DNA of 64,000 nt from Pseudomonadota bacterium (GTDB lineage: Bacteria; UBA10199; 2-02-FULL-44-16; JAAZCA01), in contig JAZDOG010000089.1 of assembly GCA_043798915.1 (NCBI GenBank), positions 57,101 to 121,100 of the forward strand. Reading direction: 5' to 3'. Numbering within the stretch: the first letter of the stretch is position 1; each line of letters starts with the position of its first letter. A program made the translations under genes and the position numbers. Shown here piece after piece: positions 44,839 to 58,033 of this stretch. Below the pieces are notes generated by a model. It saw nothing but the letters and a program-made list of their open reading frames with translations, ran no database searches and had not been told where the DNA came from.

Positions 44839-46562
44839 GTTCCCAGCGCATCCTGAACATCCTCCTGGCCGTCTGCCTCGCGGCCGGATTCGCGTGCTTC
44901 GCCCTCTTCGTCCTGCCGGATCAGATACGGAGGGCGCGCGCCATGCCGCCTCCTGATCGCGCGGCCTCCGTGCCGGATAAACTCTCATCCATAATATCGT
45001 TCGATTCGCCCTCGCCCGCCCCCCTGCCCGACGGCATGACCGCTCGGTTCACGCCGGAGGGAGAGCCGCCATCTCCTCTCGGTGTAGCCCCGCTGCCGGC
45101 GGACCAGAGGATGGTAGATGCTAGAAACGACATAGTTGCAGGCGGCGCAGGCGCTGCCATCGACGACACAAGCGGCGAGGCGAGGCAGGCGATCGCCTCC
45201 GAGGCCGGGCTCCCCGGCGAGTTCAAGGCATTTCCGCCCTCCTCCCTCGCCCGCCGCGACCCCTCCGCGCTCGACGGCGACAGCGCGAAACTCAAGAAGA
45301 GCTGGATCGCGACGCCGGCGGGGCTTGAGGAGGACGTCGCATTCTGGCGCGACGTCTACACCAAATACGACCGCAATCATGTGGTGCTGCACCACCCGCG
45401 CCATCTGAGCATCGTCTATGACGTCGTGGACGTCTCCGACATCGCAAACGACGTCCGCTTGACGGACGTCGAGCGCGACCACATGCGCGAGAAGCGCATC
45501 GACGAACGGCGCGACAGGATTACCGCGCAGCTCGAGACGCTCGCCACAAACCCGCCCTCATCCTCCTTGAGCGACGAGGAGCTCGGGGTCAAGAAGCTCT
45601 TCCGCGGAGTCCAGGAAGAAAACGCGTTCAAGAAGGCGGCGGGCGAGGACGGCGTGCGCGCGCAGACGGGCCAGCGGGACAAGTTCATCCCGGGCCTTGC
45701 GTACTCCGGCCGATATCTGGGTGAGATAGAGGCGATATTCGAGTCGTACGGCCTGCCGCGCGAGCTCACGCGGATCATCTTCGTGGAGTCGATGTTCAAC
45801 CCGCGCGCCATAAGCTCGGTCGGCGCAAGCGGGATATTCCAGTTCATGCGCGGCACGGGCAAACTCTATCTTGAGATCAACGACATCGTCGACGAGCGCA
45901 ACGACCCGACCACCGCGGCGCACGCGGCGGCCAGGCTCCTGCGCCACGACTTCGACGAGCTGGGGGCATGGCCGCTGGCGGTCAACGCATACAACACCGG
46001 GCGCGGCAGGATGCAGCAGGCGGTGGCGGGCATGGGCACGACCGACATCGGGAAGATCGTCCGCGGATTCGACCATCCCGCCTACGGGTTCGCCTCCCGC
46101 AATTTCTTCCTCGAGTTTCTGGCGGCGCTCGACGTCGCCGAACACGCGGAAAAATATTTCGGCGAGCTTACATACGACAAGCCTCTGCGCTATGAGATCG
46201 TGCGATCGGGCTACAGCATATCGCTGCCGGAGGTGGCCCGCATCGCCGGGATCAACCTCGATGAGATCATGGAACTCAACCCGGCTTTCACGCCGAAGAT
46301 CGCGAGCGGCCTTCTGCTTGTCCCGACCGGATTTTCCATACGCGTGCCGGAGAAGAAGTCGGAACTCTTCCTTGCGGCCGCGACCCGCGCGCCCAAGAGC
46401 CGCTCCGGCCCCGTGAAGCACGTGGTGAATGGCGACGATACGCTCGATTCGCTCGCGAGGATGTACGGCGTGACACAGCAGGCGATCATCAAGTCAAGCA
46501 ACCTGGTCAGCCGCAGGCTGCACCCTGGCCAGACGCTGCTGGTGCCGGTGGACGAAAAATAA
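44835..46562 (+). CDS. MltD-like lytic transglycosylase with LysM
   Basis: N-terminal TM, VESMFNP.A.S.VGASGIFQFM, AYNTG, C-terminal LysM; start MSSQ at 44835 overlapping the dacB stop. Confidence 0.88.
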   Translation: MSSQRILNILLAVCLAAGFACFALFVLPDQIRRARAMPPPDRAASVPDKLSSIISFDSPSPAPLPDGMTARFTPEGEPPSPLGVAPLPADQRMVDARNDIVAGGAGAAIDDTSGEARQAIASEAGLPGEFKAFPPSSLARRDPSALDGDSAKLKKSWIATPAGLEEDVAFWRDVYTKYDRNHVVLHHPRHLSIVYDVVDVSDIANDVRLTDVERDHMREKRIDERRDRITAQLETLATNPPSSSLSDEELGVKKLFRGVQEENAFKKAAGEDGVRAQTGQRDKFIPGLAYSGRYLGEIEAIFESYGLPRELTRIIFVESMFNPRAISSVGASGIFQFMRGTGKLYLEINDIVDERNDPTTAAHAAARLLRHDFDELGAWPLAVNAYNTGRGRMQQAVAGMGTTDIGKIVRGFDHPAYGFASRNFFLEFLAALDVAEHAEKYFGELTYDKPLRYEIVRSGYSISLPEVARIAGINLDEIMELNPAFTPKIASGLLLVPTGFSIRVPEKKSELFLAAATRAPKSRSGPVKHVVNGDDTLDSLARMYGVTQQAIIKSSNLVSRRLHPGQTLLVPVDEK

Positions 46563-46677
46563 CCATTTTTTGACGCTTTTGGTGTGTCTCTGCTCAAATT
46601 GATAATAGATACAACTCCTCTATAAGCTCAGTCATGTAAATTCAATGGGTTAGGACGATGCCGGCGGCCGTTCCAGG

Positions 46678-46694
46678 CTGGCACGAATATTGCT
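46678..46694 (+). promoter_or_regulatory. Sigma-54 promoter
   Basis: CTGGCACGAATATTGCT; IHF-like ATTCAATGGGTTA at 46640-46652. Confidence 0.85.
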
Positions 46695-46737
46695 GCATAA
46701 GTGATGTGGTGATACAATGCGCGTCAGGGAGGAAGAT

Positions 46738-47421
46738 ATGAAGATCATAAAGGGCTTTGCGCTGATCATGCTTCTGGCTCTCGTCGCCGCCTGTGAACCC
46801 GGCTCCGCGCCCGTTTCGCAACCGGACAATACTTTCACGCCGCCTGATACCACCACTGTACCTGTACCTGCGCCGACGCCGACGCCGACGGAGACCCAGA
46901 TCGCCAGCGGAGCGTGCACTCAAGCGAGCGATTGCGACGCCAACAGCGCCTGCTCCCCCAGCGGGAAGTGCCTCGTCAAAGACGGCAATCCATGCGCCAT
47001 CAAAGACAATTGTTTGTCTGGATATTGCGACCAGCAAAAATGCGCGCCGATACCCGCCGGTACACCAAAAAAAGAGAACGGAGAGTTGTGTTCCGATGGC
47101 TCAGCGTGCTCATCTGGAACCTGCAGTCAGGACAATAAAGGACAATACCGGTGCAGCAAAGCTGGCAAAGCCGCAGGTGAGCCGTGCAGCGACGATAACC
47201 AATGCATGACCAACTGGTGTATTATGAAGAATTGCGCCTACAGGATGCTTTACGACTTCTGCGACAACGATTTTGAGTGCCCACCCAACAACAGCTGTGC
47301 AATAGCTAAACTAGGTCAAAACAAAGGTGACAAAATATGCCTTTTGAGCGACGAGGTAGGCTGCGTGAACCCTGAGCAGTGCGCGAGTGGAAAATGCGGC
47401 GGCGGAATATGCGCGCCCTGA
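46738..47421 (+). CDS. Cys-rich lipoprotein
   Basis: Lipobox LVAAC, Pro/Thr linker, repeated G..C.....C.SG.C modules; GGAGG RBS. Confidence 0.8.
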   Translation: MKIIKGFALIMLLALVAACEPGSAPVSQPDNTFTPPDTTTVPVPAPTPTPTETQIASGACTQASDCDANSACSPSGKCLVKDGNPCAIKDNCLSGYCDQQKCAPIPAGTPKKENGELCSDGSACSSGTCSQDNKGQYRCSKAGKAAGEPCSDDNQCMTNWCIMKNCAYRMLYDFCDNDFECPPNNSCAIAKLGQNKGDKICLLSDEVGCVNPEQCASGKCGGGICAP

Positions 47422-47472
47422 CAGGTTGTTGAAAAAGTCCAAAACCTACTAATCCGCTGACCGGCTGCATCC

Positions 47473-50400
47473 CTATGACGCGAATTTGGTGATGTTGTGC
47501 CCGAAGAGCTTCTCGACGTCCGCGACGAGCTGCGGCGACGGCGCGAGCCTCAAATCAGGCGGGAGCGAGAGTATCGTCTCGGTCTTGTCGGGGACCACGA
47601 GATGGACGAAGCCCTCGCAGCCTCCCGGATGGCGCGCGAGCACGCTCTTCAACTGCGCGAGGATGTGCGGGGTCACCTCCGGCTGGTGCAGGTGAAAATG
47701 TATGCTCCTCGTGAGTTTCGCCGCCACATCCTCGATGGGGATGATCTCCTTCGCTATCACCTTCGCGGCCTCGCCGCCGGTGTCGGCGTTGCCCACTACG
47801 AACATCGGCGTGTCGCTCTTTATGAGCTGCATCGCCTCGGCGTAGAGATCAGAGAAGACGACGACCTCGGCCGTCCCCTTCAAATCCTCGAGCGTGACAA
47901 AGCCCATGCGGTCGCCGCGCTTGGTCGTGATCTCCCGGAGCCGGGCGGTGACGCCGCCGAGTTTCACCTCCTGGCCGTCCGGCGATTCGTTCAGGGAGGC
48001 CGTATCGGTCGTCGCATACTGCGCGAGCAGCGCCTCGTAGGCAGCGAGCGGATGGCCCGTGATGTAGAAGCCGAGCGACTCCTTCTCGTAGGCGAGCAGC
48101 TGCCTCTCGGCCCACTCCGAGACATCCGGCAGCTCCGGCTCGGGCGAGACCGCCCCGGCCTCCGGTATCATGTCGAAGAGTCTCACCTGCCCGGATTGCC
48201 TGTCGCGCTGGCGGGAGGCCGCCATCTCCAGCGCGCGGTCGAGCGCCGCGAGCAGCGCCGCGCGAGCGGCGCCGGTGAAATCGAACGCGCCGCATTTGAT
48301 GAGGCTCTCGACGACGCGGCGGTTGGCGCGGCGCGAATCCACCCGCTCGCAAAAATCGAAGAGCGATCTATATGGACCACCGCCCCCCCTCACCTCGACG
48401 ATGCTCTCGATCGCCCCCTCTCCCACGTTCTTCACCGCGCCGAGGCCGAAGCGGATGACGTTCTCGCCCACGACGGAAAAACTCTCGCCGCTCTCGTTCA
48501 CGTCCGGCGGCAGGACGTTGATGCCCAGCGACTTGCTCTCGCTCATATACTGCAGGACCTTGTCGGCGTTGTCCTTTTCAGCCGTGAGCAGCGCCGCCAT
48601 GAACTCCGTCGGGTGGTGGAACTTGAGATACGCCGTCTGATACGCCACGAGCGCATATGCAGCCGAGTGACTTTTATTGAAGCCGTAAGAACCGAACTTC
48701 TCCATGAGGTCGAAGATGCGCTCCGCCTTCGGCCGCGATATCTTGTTGGCGACGGCGCCATCGACGAACCGCTCCTTCTGTTTGGCCATCTCCTCCGGCT
48801 TCTTCTTTCCCATCGCGCGGCGCAGGATGTCGGCTTCGCCCAAGCTATAGCTCGCGAGCACGTTCGCGATCCGCATCACCTGCTCCTGATAGACGATGAC
48901 GCCGTATGTCTCGCGCAGGATCTCGGCCAGCTGCGGGAGCTCGTATTTTATGGCAGTGCGGCCGTGCTTGCGGTTGATGAAGTCGTCGACCATGCCTGAA
49001 CCCAGGGGACCGGGCCTGAAGAGCGCGACGAGCGCCACGATTTCGGCGAAACCGCTGGGCTTCAACTTGCCGACCAAGTCCGTCATCCCCGAGCTTTCGA
49101 GCTGGAAGACGCCGGCCGTGTCCCCCTCGGAGAGGCGCTTGTACACGAGCGGGTCGGTGAGCGGAAGAGCGTCGATGTCGATCTTCTCGCCGCCGCGGCC
49201 GGCGATGAGCTTTATGCAGTCGTCGATCACGGTCAGGGTCTTGAGCCCCAGGAAATCGAACTTGATGAGCCCCACCTTCTCGATCGACTTCATGTCGAAC
49301 TGCGTTACGACGTCGTCGTTGCTGCCCTTGTAGAGCGGGACGAAATCGGTGAGCGGCTGGTCCGACATGACGACCCCCGCCGCGTGCGTGGAGGCGTGCC
49401 TCGGAAAACCCTCGAGCGCACCGGCGATATCGAGCAGCCGCTGCACCTGCGGCTGCTTCGCCAGGTCTTTCAGCTTCGGCTCGATCTCGATGGCCTGCTT
49501 GAGCGTCATGCCGATCGTGGCGGGGATCAGCTTGGCAATCCGGTCGACGTCGCCGTAGGGCAGCCCCATCACGCGGCCGACGTCGCGCACGACCGCGCGG
49601 GCCTTCATGGAGCCGAACGTGATGATCTGGCTCACGTTGCCGTACTTCTTCGAGACGTATTCGATCACCTCGCCGCGCCGCCGCATGCAGAAGTCGATGT
49701 CGACGTCCGGCATGCTGATGCGCTCCGGGTTCAGGAATCGCTCGAAGAGGAGGTCGTGCTCCAAGGGATCGATGTTGGTGATCCCGAGGCAATAGGCCAC
49801 GAGCGAACCGGCGGCGGAACCGCGGCCGGGCCCCACCGGCAGGTCCCTGCCCCTGGCGTACGCGATGAAGTCCGCGACAATGAGGAAGTAGCCGGCAAAA
49901 CCCATCGAGGATATGACCTTGAACTCCACTGCGAGCCGCGCCTCGTACGCGGCGCGGTCAGCCGCCTTGCCGCGATGCATCTCTACGGTCGGCCAGCGCT
50001 TCTCGAGCCCCAGGCGGGCCTCGTCTTCAAGAAACCCGACGAGGTCGCGGCCCTCCGGCGGGACGAACTTCGGAAAGTGATAGGTGGTGAAGTCGAACTC
50101 GAGGTTGAGCCTCTCGGCGATCGCCACGGTATTGGAGATCGCCTCAGGGCAGTCGGCGAAGAGCTCCGACATCTCCTCGGGCGATTTGAGATAGAACTCG
50201 TCCGAGGGCATCCGCATCCGCTTTTCGTCGCTCAAGTTCTTGCCGGTCTGTATGCACAGGAGCGCGTCGTGCGCCGCCGAATCCTCGCGGCGGAGGTAAT
50301 GGACGTCGTTTGTCGCGACAAGCCCCAGCCCCAGCTCCGCCCCGAGCTTTATGAGCCCCTCGCGCGCCGGTTTCTGCTCCGGCATCCCGTGGTCCTGTAT

Positions 50401-50931
50401 CTCCAAAAAGAAACGGTTGCCGGTGAATATCGAGGCGAACTCCGTTGCGGCGCCCAAGGCATCCTCCCAGCGCCCCTCCGAAAGGGCCCGCGGTATCTCC
50501 CCCTTGAGGCAGCCGGAGAGGGCTATGAGGCCCTCATTATATTCCCTTAATATACCCTTATCTATCCGCGGTTTATAATAGAACCCTTCCAGATAACTTG
50601 AAGTAATCAGGCGGCAGAGATTTCGGTACCCGTCCCGGTTTTTGACCAGGAGCGTGAGGTGCGCCAGGTGCCCCTCCCCGCTCGTATCGCGGCTCTTTCG
50701 GTCGCCGCGCGTGGGAAGGTAGACCTCGCAGCCGATGCAGGGCTTGACCCCCGCCTTGGAGAGCGTCTGGTAGAACTCGATCGCCCCGAAGATGTTGCCG
50801 TGGTCCGTGAGGCCCAAGGCCGGCATCCTGAACTCTTTCGCGCGGCCCGCGAGCGCCGATATCGGCGCAGCCCCGTCGAGGAGGCTGAAATAGGAATGGA
50901 CGTGCAGATGTACGAAGTTTGAATGGTGCAT
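47473..50931 (-). CDS. dnaE: DNA polymerase III alpha subunit
   Basis: FVHLHVHS..SLLDG PHP, GRGSAAGS, PDVDID, GFNKSHS, OB fold; start MHHSNF at 50931. Confidence 0.97.
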   Translation of the reverse strand: MHHSNFVHLHVHSYFSLLDGAAPISALAGRAKEFRMPALGLTDHGNIFGAIEFYQTLSKAGVKPCIGCEVYLPTRGDRKSRDTSGEGHLAHLTLLVKNRDGYRNLCRLITSSYLEGFYYKPRIDKGILREYNEGLIALSGCLKGEIPRALSEGRWEDALGAATEFASIFTGNRFFLEIQDHGMPEQKPAREGLIKLGAELGLGLVATNDVHYLRREDSAAHDALLCIQTGKNLSDEKRMRMPSDEFYLKSPEEMSELFADCPEAISNTVAIAERLNLEFDFTTYHFPKFVPPEGRDLVGFLEDEARLGLEKRWPTVEMHRGKAADRAAYEARLAVEFKVISSMGFAGYFLIVADFIAYARGRDLPVGPGRGSAAGSLVAYCLGITNIDPLEHDLLFERFLNPERISMPDVDIDFCMRRRGEVIEYVSKKYGNVSQIITFGSMKARAVVRDVGRVMGLPYGDVDRIAKLIPATIGMTLKQAIEIEPKLKDLAKQPQVQRLLDIAGALEGFPRHASTHAAGVVMSDQPLTDFVPLYKGSNDDVVTQFDMKSIEKVGLIKFDFLGLKTLTVIDDCIKLIAGRGGEKIDIDALPLTDPLVYKRLSEGDTAGVFQLESSGMTDLVGKLKPSGFAEIVALVALFRPGPLGSGMVDDFINRKHGRTAIKYELPQLAEILRETYGVIVYQEQVMRIANVLASYSLGEADILRRAMGKKKPEEMAKQKERFVDGAVANKISRPKAERIFDLMEKFGSYGFNKSHSAAYALVAYQTAYLKFHHPTEFMAALLTAEKDNADKVLQYMSESKSLGINVLPPDVNESGESFSVVGENVIRFGLGAVKNVGEGAIESIVEVRGGGGPYRSLFDFCERVDSRRANRRVVESLIKCGAFDFTGAARAALLAALDRALEMAASRQRDRQSGQVRLFDMIPEAGAVSPEPELPDVSEWAERQLLAYEKESLGFYITGHPLAAYEALLAQYATTDTASLNESPDGQEVKLGGVTARLREITTKRGDRMGFVTLEDLKGTAEVVVFSDLYAEAMQLIKSDTPMFVVGNADTGGEAAKVIAKEIIPIEDVAAKLTRSIHFHLHQPEVTPHILAQLKSVLARHPGGCEGFVHLVVPDKTETILSLPPDLRLAPSPQLVADVEKLFGHNITKFAS

Positions 50932-51057
50932 TTGATATTCGCGTAACAGATCGGTTCCGGGAGCGCAAGGAGGCAGGATGAAGGGATAGATTCCCAATTG
51001 AGTTCCGGCTCCATCGGTCGTATATTCCGGCGTGACCCGTCCCATTTGGAGAAAACC

Positions 51058-52128
51058 ATGAATCTACACGACGTCTTTGACCTGATGATCAAGGAAAACG
51101 CCTCCGACGCGATCCTCAAGGCCGGGAGCCCGATCCGGCTCCGGATCTTCACGGAGCTCAAGGAGCAGGGCAAGGCCGTCTTCTCCGGCAAGGAGATCGA
51201 GGCGGCCATCGCCGGGCTCGTGACGCCCGCGGAGAAAAAACTCGTCGAGCAGCGGCGCGGCTACGAGGGCGCCGTCTCCCACGGAGAGGCGTGGCGGTTC
51301 CGCATCGGCATCTTCTGGCAGCAGGGGCAGCCGGCCATCGTCGCCCGCAAGATCGACCTGCAGACGCTCAACTTCGAGAAGCTCAACCTCCCTGCCGCGG
51401 TCCTCGAGAGCCTCTGCCGGGAGCGGCGCGGCCTCATCCTGCTCGTCGGCATGGCCGGAAGCGGAAAATCGACCACGATCGCCTCGATGATCGAACACAT
51501 CAACCAAAACGCCGGGCGGCACATCCTGACGGCGGAGGAGCCGATCGAATACGTCTTCCGTGAAAAGATGTCGGTGATCAACCAGAGGGAGATCGGGCGC
51601 GACGTCGCGGACTATGAGGAGGCGCTCAAGCAGATGGCGAACCTCTCGCCCGACATCCTCTATATAGGCGACATCCGCGATGCCGGCACCTGCAGCGCCG
51701 TCCTCAAGGCAGCGGAGAAAGGCATCCTCGTCTTCTCGACGCTGCACAGCGTGAACGCCCAGACGACGGTCGAGACGCTCATCAACTTCTTCCCGCGGGA
51801 GCAGCAGGACCGCATGTTCGTCCGCTTATCGCTGCTCCTCAAGGGGGTGATCGCACAGCGGCTGATCCCGCGCGATGGAGCGCCCGGCCTCATCCCGGCC
51901 TATGAGGTGATGACCTTGAGCCCCACGATCGCCGCCGCCATCGCCGAGAAGCGGATCGTGGATATCCCCAAGATCATCCGCGAGAGCAGCGACATGTTCG
52001 GGATGAACACATACGAGCAGTGCCTGCTCCGCCTCATCAGGGAGAATAAGATCGCCCACGAAAGCGCGCTCGAGTATTCCGACAGCAGAAAGGACATCGA
52101 AGTCTCACTCACCTACAGAAGGGAGTGA
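51058..52128 (+). CDS. PilT/PilU-family ATPase with degenerate motifs
   Basis: GMAGSGKST Walker A, EEPIE, NQREIG.D, PDILYIGDIRD, STLH, GMNT. Confidence 0.85.
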   Translation: MNLHDVFDLMIKENASDAILKAGSPIRLRIFTELKEQGKAVFSGKEIEAAIAGLVTPAEKKLVEQRRGYEGAVSHGEAWRFRIGIFWQQGQPAIVARKIDLQTLNFEKLNLPAAVLESLCRERRGLILLVGMAGSGKSTTIASMIEHINQNAGRHILTAEEPIEYVFREKMSVINQREIGRDVADYEEALKQMANLSPDILYIGDIRDAGTCSAVLKAAEKGILVFSTLHSVNAQTTVETLINFFPREQQDRMFVRLSLLLKGVIAQRLIPRDGAPGLIPAYEVMTLSPTIAAAIAEKRIVDIPKIIRESSDMFGMNTYEQCLLRLIRENKIAHESALEYSDSRKDIEVSLTYRRE

Positions 52129-52232
52129 AAAAGCCGTCAGACGGAGCGAAACGAGTCCGCTGCTGTCACCGGTGGAACCCTTGACATTGTGTAATATAAT
52201 GTGTAATAATATGTGTGGAATGGAGGTGGATC

Positions 52233-52430
52233 ATGGCGACCAATCTTGCATTGAATGAAGAGCTTCTCGAGAAGGCGCTCGAAGTGGGGCACCTCGGCAC
52301 CAAGAAGGCCACCGTCAACGAGGCCCTGAAGGAGTTCATAGAACGCCGGCAGCAGGGGCGCATCCTCGACCTTTTCGGCAAAGTCGACTGGGATAAAAAG
52401 TACAGCTACAAAAATGCAAGGAAACGATGA
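52233..52430 (+). CDS. VapB-family antitoxin
   Basis: MATNLALNEELL..TKKATVNEALKEFI; overlaps the toxin start; TTGACA and TGTGTAATA repeats upstream. Confidence 0.85.
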   Translation: MATNLALNEELLEKALEVGHLGTKKATVNEALKEFIERRQQGRILDLFGKVDWDKKYSYKNARKR

Positions 52431-52828
52431 TGAACTATATCGTAGACACCTCGGTATGGTCGCAAGCGCTGCGCCGGGAACACCATCGCGAAACCGAAGA
52501 GGTGCGAAAGCTGGCGATCCTTCTCTCCGAGGGCGAACGCATCTTCCTGCCCGGCATCATACTCCAGGAAATTCTTCAGGGCGTCCAGCGCTCAGAGCAG
52601 TTCAAGCAGATTCGTGAAGCATTGAGCTGCTTTCCCGTTCCGGAAACGGGGCGAGACGATTACGTCTTTGCCGCCGAACTCTTCAATCACTGCCGATCCA
52701 AAGGCGTGCAGGCAGCGACGGTCGATTTCATGATCGCATCACTGGCCATCCGGCACAAATGCCTTCTGCTCACCTCTGATAAGGATTTCGTCCACATCGC
52801 CAGACATTCCGACCTCAAGCTCTTGTAG
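52427..52828 (+). CDS. VapC/PIN-domain toxin
   Basis: VDTSVW, QEILQG, DFMIA, TSDKDF. Confidence 0.9.
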   Translation: MMNYIVDTSVWSQALRREHHRETEEVRKLAILLSEGERIFLPGIILQEILQGVQRSEQFKQIREALSCFPVPETGRDDYVFAAELFNHCRSKGVQAATVDFMIASLAIRHKCLLLTSDKDFVHIARHSDLKLL

Positions 52829-52851
52829 TGGAATAAATAGCGAATATCCTC

Positions 52852-55868
<3,017 letters not shown>

Positions 55869-55911
55869 CTAGTGGCAAATGCCCGGAAAGTCAAGCCGCG
55901 GCGCGGAAAGG

Positions 55912-57951
55912 CTACTGCCCCCAGCGCTCCGGCGGCTTCGGCGGAGGCGGTTTCTCTTTCTCGATGACCTCCTCAGGTGGCGTCGCCAGTATCTCGGCAG
56001 GTGGCTCCACAACGGGCGGAGGCGGTTCCACAACGGGCGGAGGCGGAGCTGGTTCTTCTATGGGCGGTGCGGGTGGCGCTTTGACAGGCGCCGCAGCGCG
56101 TTCGCGGCTGAAAGAATTATAGCCGCTCGCGACGAATACGACCGCGCGGCGGTTCTGCTTGCGCCCGGCCTCAGTGGTGTTGGGGGCGACGGGCCTGTTG
56201 GCGCCGTACGCGACCGGCACAAGATCGACGTCAGAGCGGACGCCATGCGCCTTCATATAATCGATCACGACCTGCGCGCGCTTGAGCGATATCAGCTCGT
56301 TGGCCTGAGAGGTTCCGAGCGCATCGGCGTGGCCGCCAACGCGCAGCCTCCTGATATGGGTCGATCCGTTCACGACGCCGATCACCTCGTCGAGGGTAGG
56401 CGTCATGTCTTTTCTGAGCTTCGCGCTGTTGAAAGCGAAGGTGACCGGCCTGGACGTCTTGATCTCTCCGCCGAGCATATCGCCCTCGCCGAATTCGCCG
56501 CTCGACAGCTGCGAGAGGGCCGCCAGCTCTCCGGCCGAGAAGGAATCCCGCAGCTCGTAGAACTTCGGGCACGACGCGTCATCCACGCCCTCCTGATACT
56601 GCCCGCTCGGCGGGCAGCGGCTCTCCATCGCCACGAACTCCTTCAAATCGTAGTATTTTGGACAGCCGATATCGTTGACCTGCGCGTTGAAATCTTCCGG
56701 GTTGGGCGGGCACAGGATGCTCATCTGCTCAGCCGCCAACGTGTAGATATTTCTGATCTCGCCGCTCGTATAATTGCCGGCGAGGTTGAACACCTTGGGG
56801 CAGGCCGCGTCGTGGACCCTCGAGTCGAAGTCCTCGAGCCTGGACGGGCACCGCAGGACCAGGTTTGTGATATCGCGCAGATCGTAATACTTGAGACAGC
56901 CGGGGTCGCTCACCCCCGCCTGGTAGTCGGCGGGATTGGACGGGCAGGTATCCCGGAGATGTTTCAGCTCGTCGGCGGAAAGCCCTTTCTCGAGACGGGC
57001 GATGCATGCCATCTCGACATCGGCATCCTTCTGCTGGTACTTCGGCGTATTGAGGCGATATTTCACTCCGAGGACGGCGCGCGCCCTTGCGCCCATGGCG
57101 CCGCACACGAGGCACGTCCCGCCGCCGCCTTCGATGGTAACGCCTGTCTTCTTTATGTCGAAGCGCGCCCCGACCATCATCTCCGCCGGGTTCATGTCGC
57201 GGCTGCTGAAGAACTTGTTGAAGGAGGCCATGGCATTCACCTCGGCGAAGACGTCGAGGTTGGGCATCAGGATGCCGTCGACGCCGCCGCCGATGAGCAT
57301 CTGGTTCTGAAATGTGATATTGTTTGCGCTGACCTTCCGTCCGCCCTTGTAACCCAGGTTGAACGTCAGGGCGAGCTTCCTGTGAACGCGGGCATCGAGC
57401 GCAACCTTGATCCCCCCTGTGAGGCCCGGATCGCCGACAAAGTGCGCATCATTGCCCGTCGGCACCGTCACGAAAGGTATAAGGGCCAGGCCGACGGTCT
57501 TCTTGCATGAATCGAGCACGCGAAACTTCGCCTCAAAGCGCAGGTCGCCGATATCGAAGTGGTTGGCCATCGGCGACAGCGTCGTGGTATACGGATACCT
57601 GAACTGGTTGACGAGAATCAGAGGAAAATCGATGCCGAATTGCATCCACTCCATCGCGCCGATCGCCGCAACAAAGTCGGCCACAAGGGTCTGATCGATC
57701 ACGCCCGCCACTCGGGTCCCGCCCACCTGCAGGTTGAACGGGTGATAGCCATAGGAGACTATCTCTCCGACATCGAACTGCAGCTGGTGGAGGGTCTCTG
57801 TCCCCTGCAACATCAGATATGGATTGCGGCCGGTCGCGGGACGGAAGAAGAGCGCATTGAAAGTGGTGCCGTCTGCGGATGAGGCTGCAGGCAATGCTAT
57901 GGCAGACAAGAACACCGCCATGGCTGCAACCAGTTTTGGCACACGGCCCAT
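55912..57951 (-). CDS. OmpA-family outer-membrane protein (beta-barrel + Cys repeats + OmpA domain + Pro-rich tail)
   Basis: Signal peptide from 57951; barrel-like N-half; four CP..P.D......D..C repeats; GHAD..G....N..IS.KRA..NRR. Confidence 0.85.
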   Translation of the reverse strand: MGRVPKLVAAMAVFLSAIALPAASSADGTTFNALFFRPATGRNPYLMLQGTETLHQLQFDVGEIVSYGYHPFNLQVGGTRVAGVIDQTLVADFVAAIGAMEWMQFGIDFPLILVNQFRYPYTTTLSPMANHFDIGDLRFEAKFRVLDSCKKTVGLALIPFVTVPTGNDAHFVGDPGLTGGIKVALDARVHRKLALTFNLGYKGGRKVSANNITFQNQMLIGGGVDGILMPNLDVFAEVNAMASFNKFFSSRDMNPAEMMVGARFDIKKTGVTIEGGGGTCLVCGAMGARARAVLGVKYRLNTPKYQQKDADVEMACIARLEKGLSADELKHLRDTCPSNPADYQAGVSDPGCLKYYDLRDITNLVLRCPSRLEDFDSRVHDAACPKVFNLAGNYTSGEIRNIYTLAAEQMSILCPPNPEDFNAQVNDIGCPKYYDLKEFVAMESRCPPSGQYQEGVDDASCPKFYELRDSFSAGELAALSQLSSGEFGEGDMLGGEIKTSRPVTFAFNSAKLRKDMTPTLDEVIGVVNGSTHIRRLRVGGHADALGTSQANELISLKRAQVVIDYMKAHGVRSDVDLVPVAYGANRPVAPNTTEAGRKQNRRAVVFVASGYNSFSRERAAAPVKAPPAPPIEEPAPPPPVVEPPPPVVEPPAEILATPPEEVIEKEKPPPPKPPERWGQ

Positions 57952-58033
57952 CCGGCCCCCAAAAGTCACACTACTCCCTTGAATTCGAAAGAATTTATCA
58001 GACAACCCGTGGTATGGCAATTGATTATTGAGA

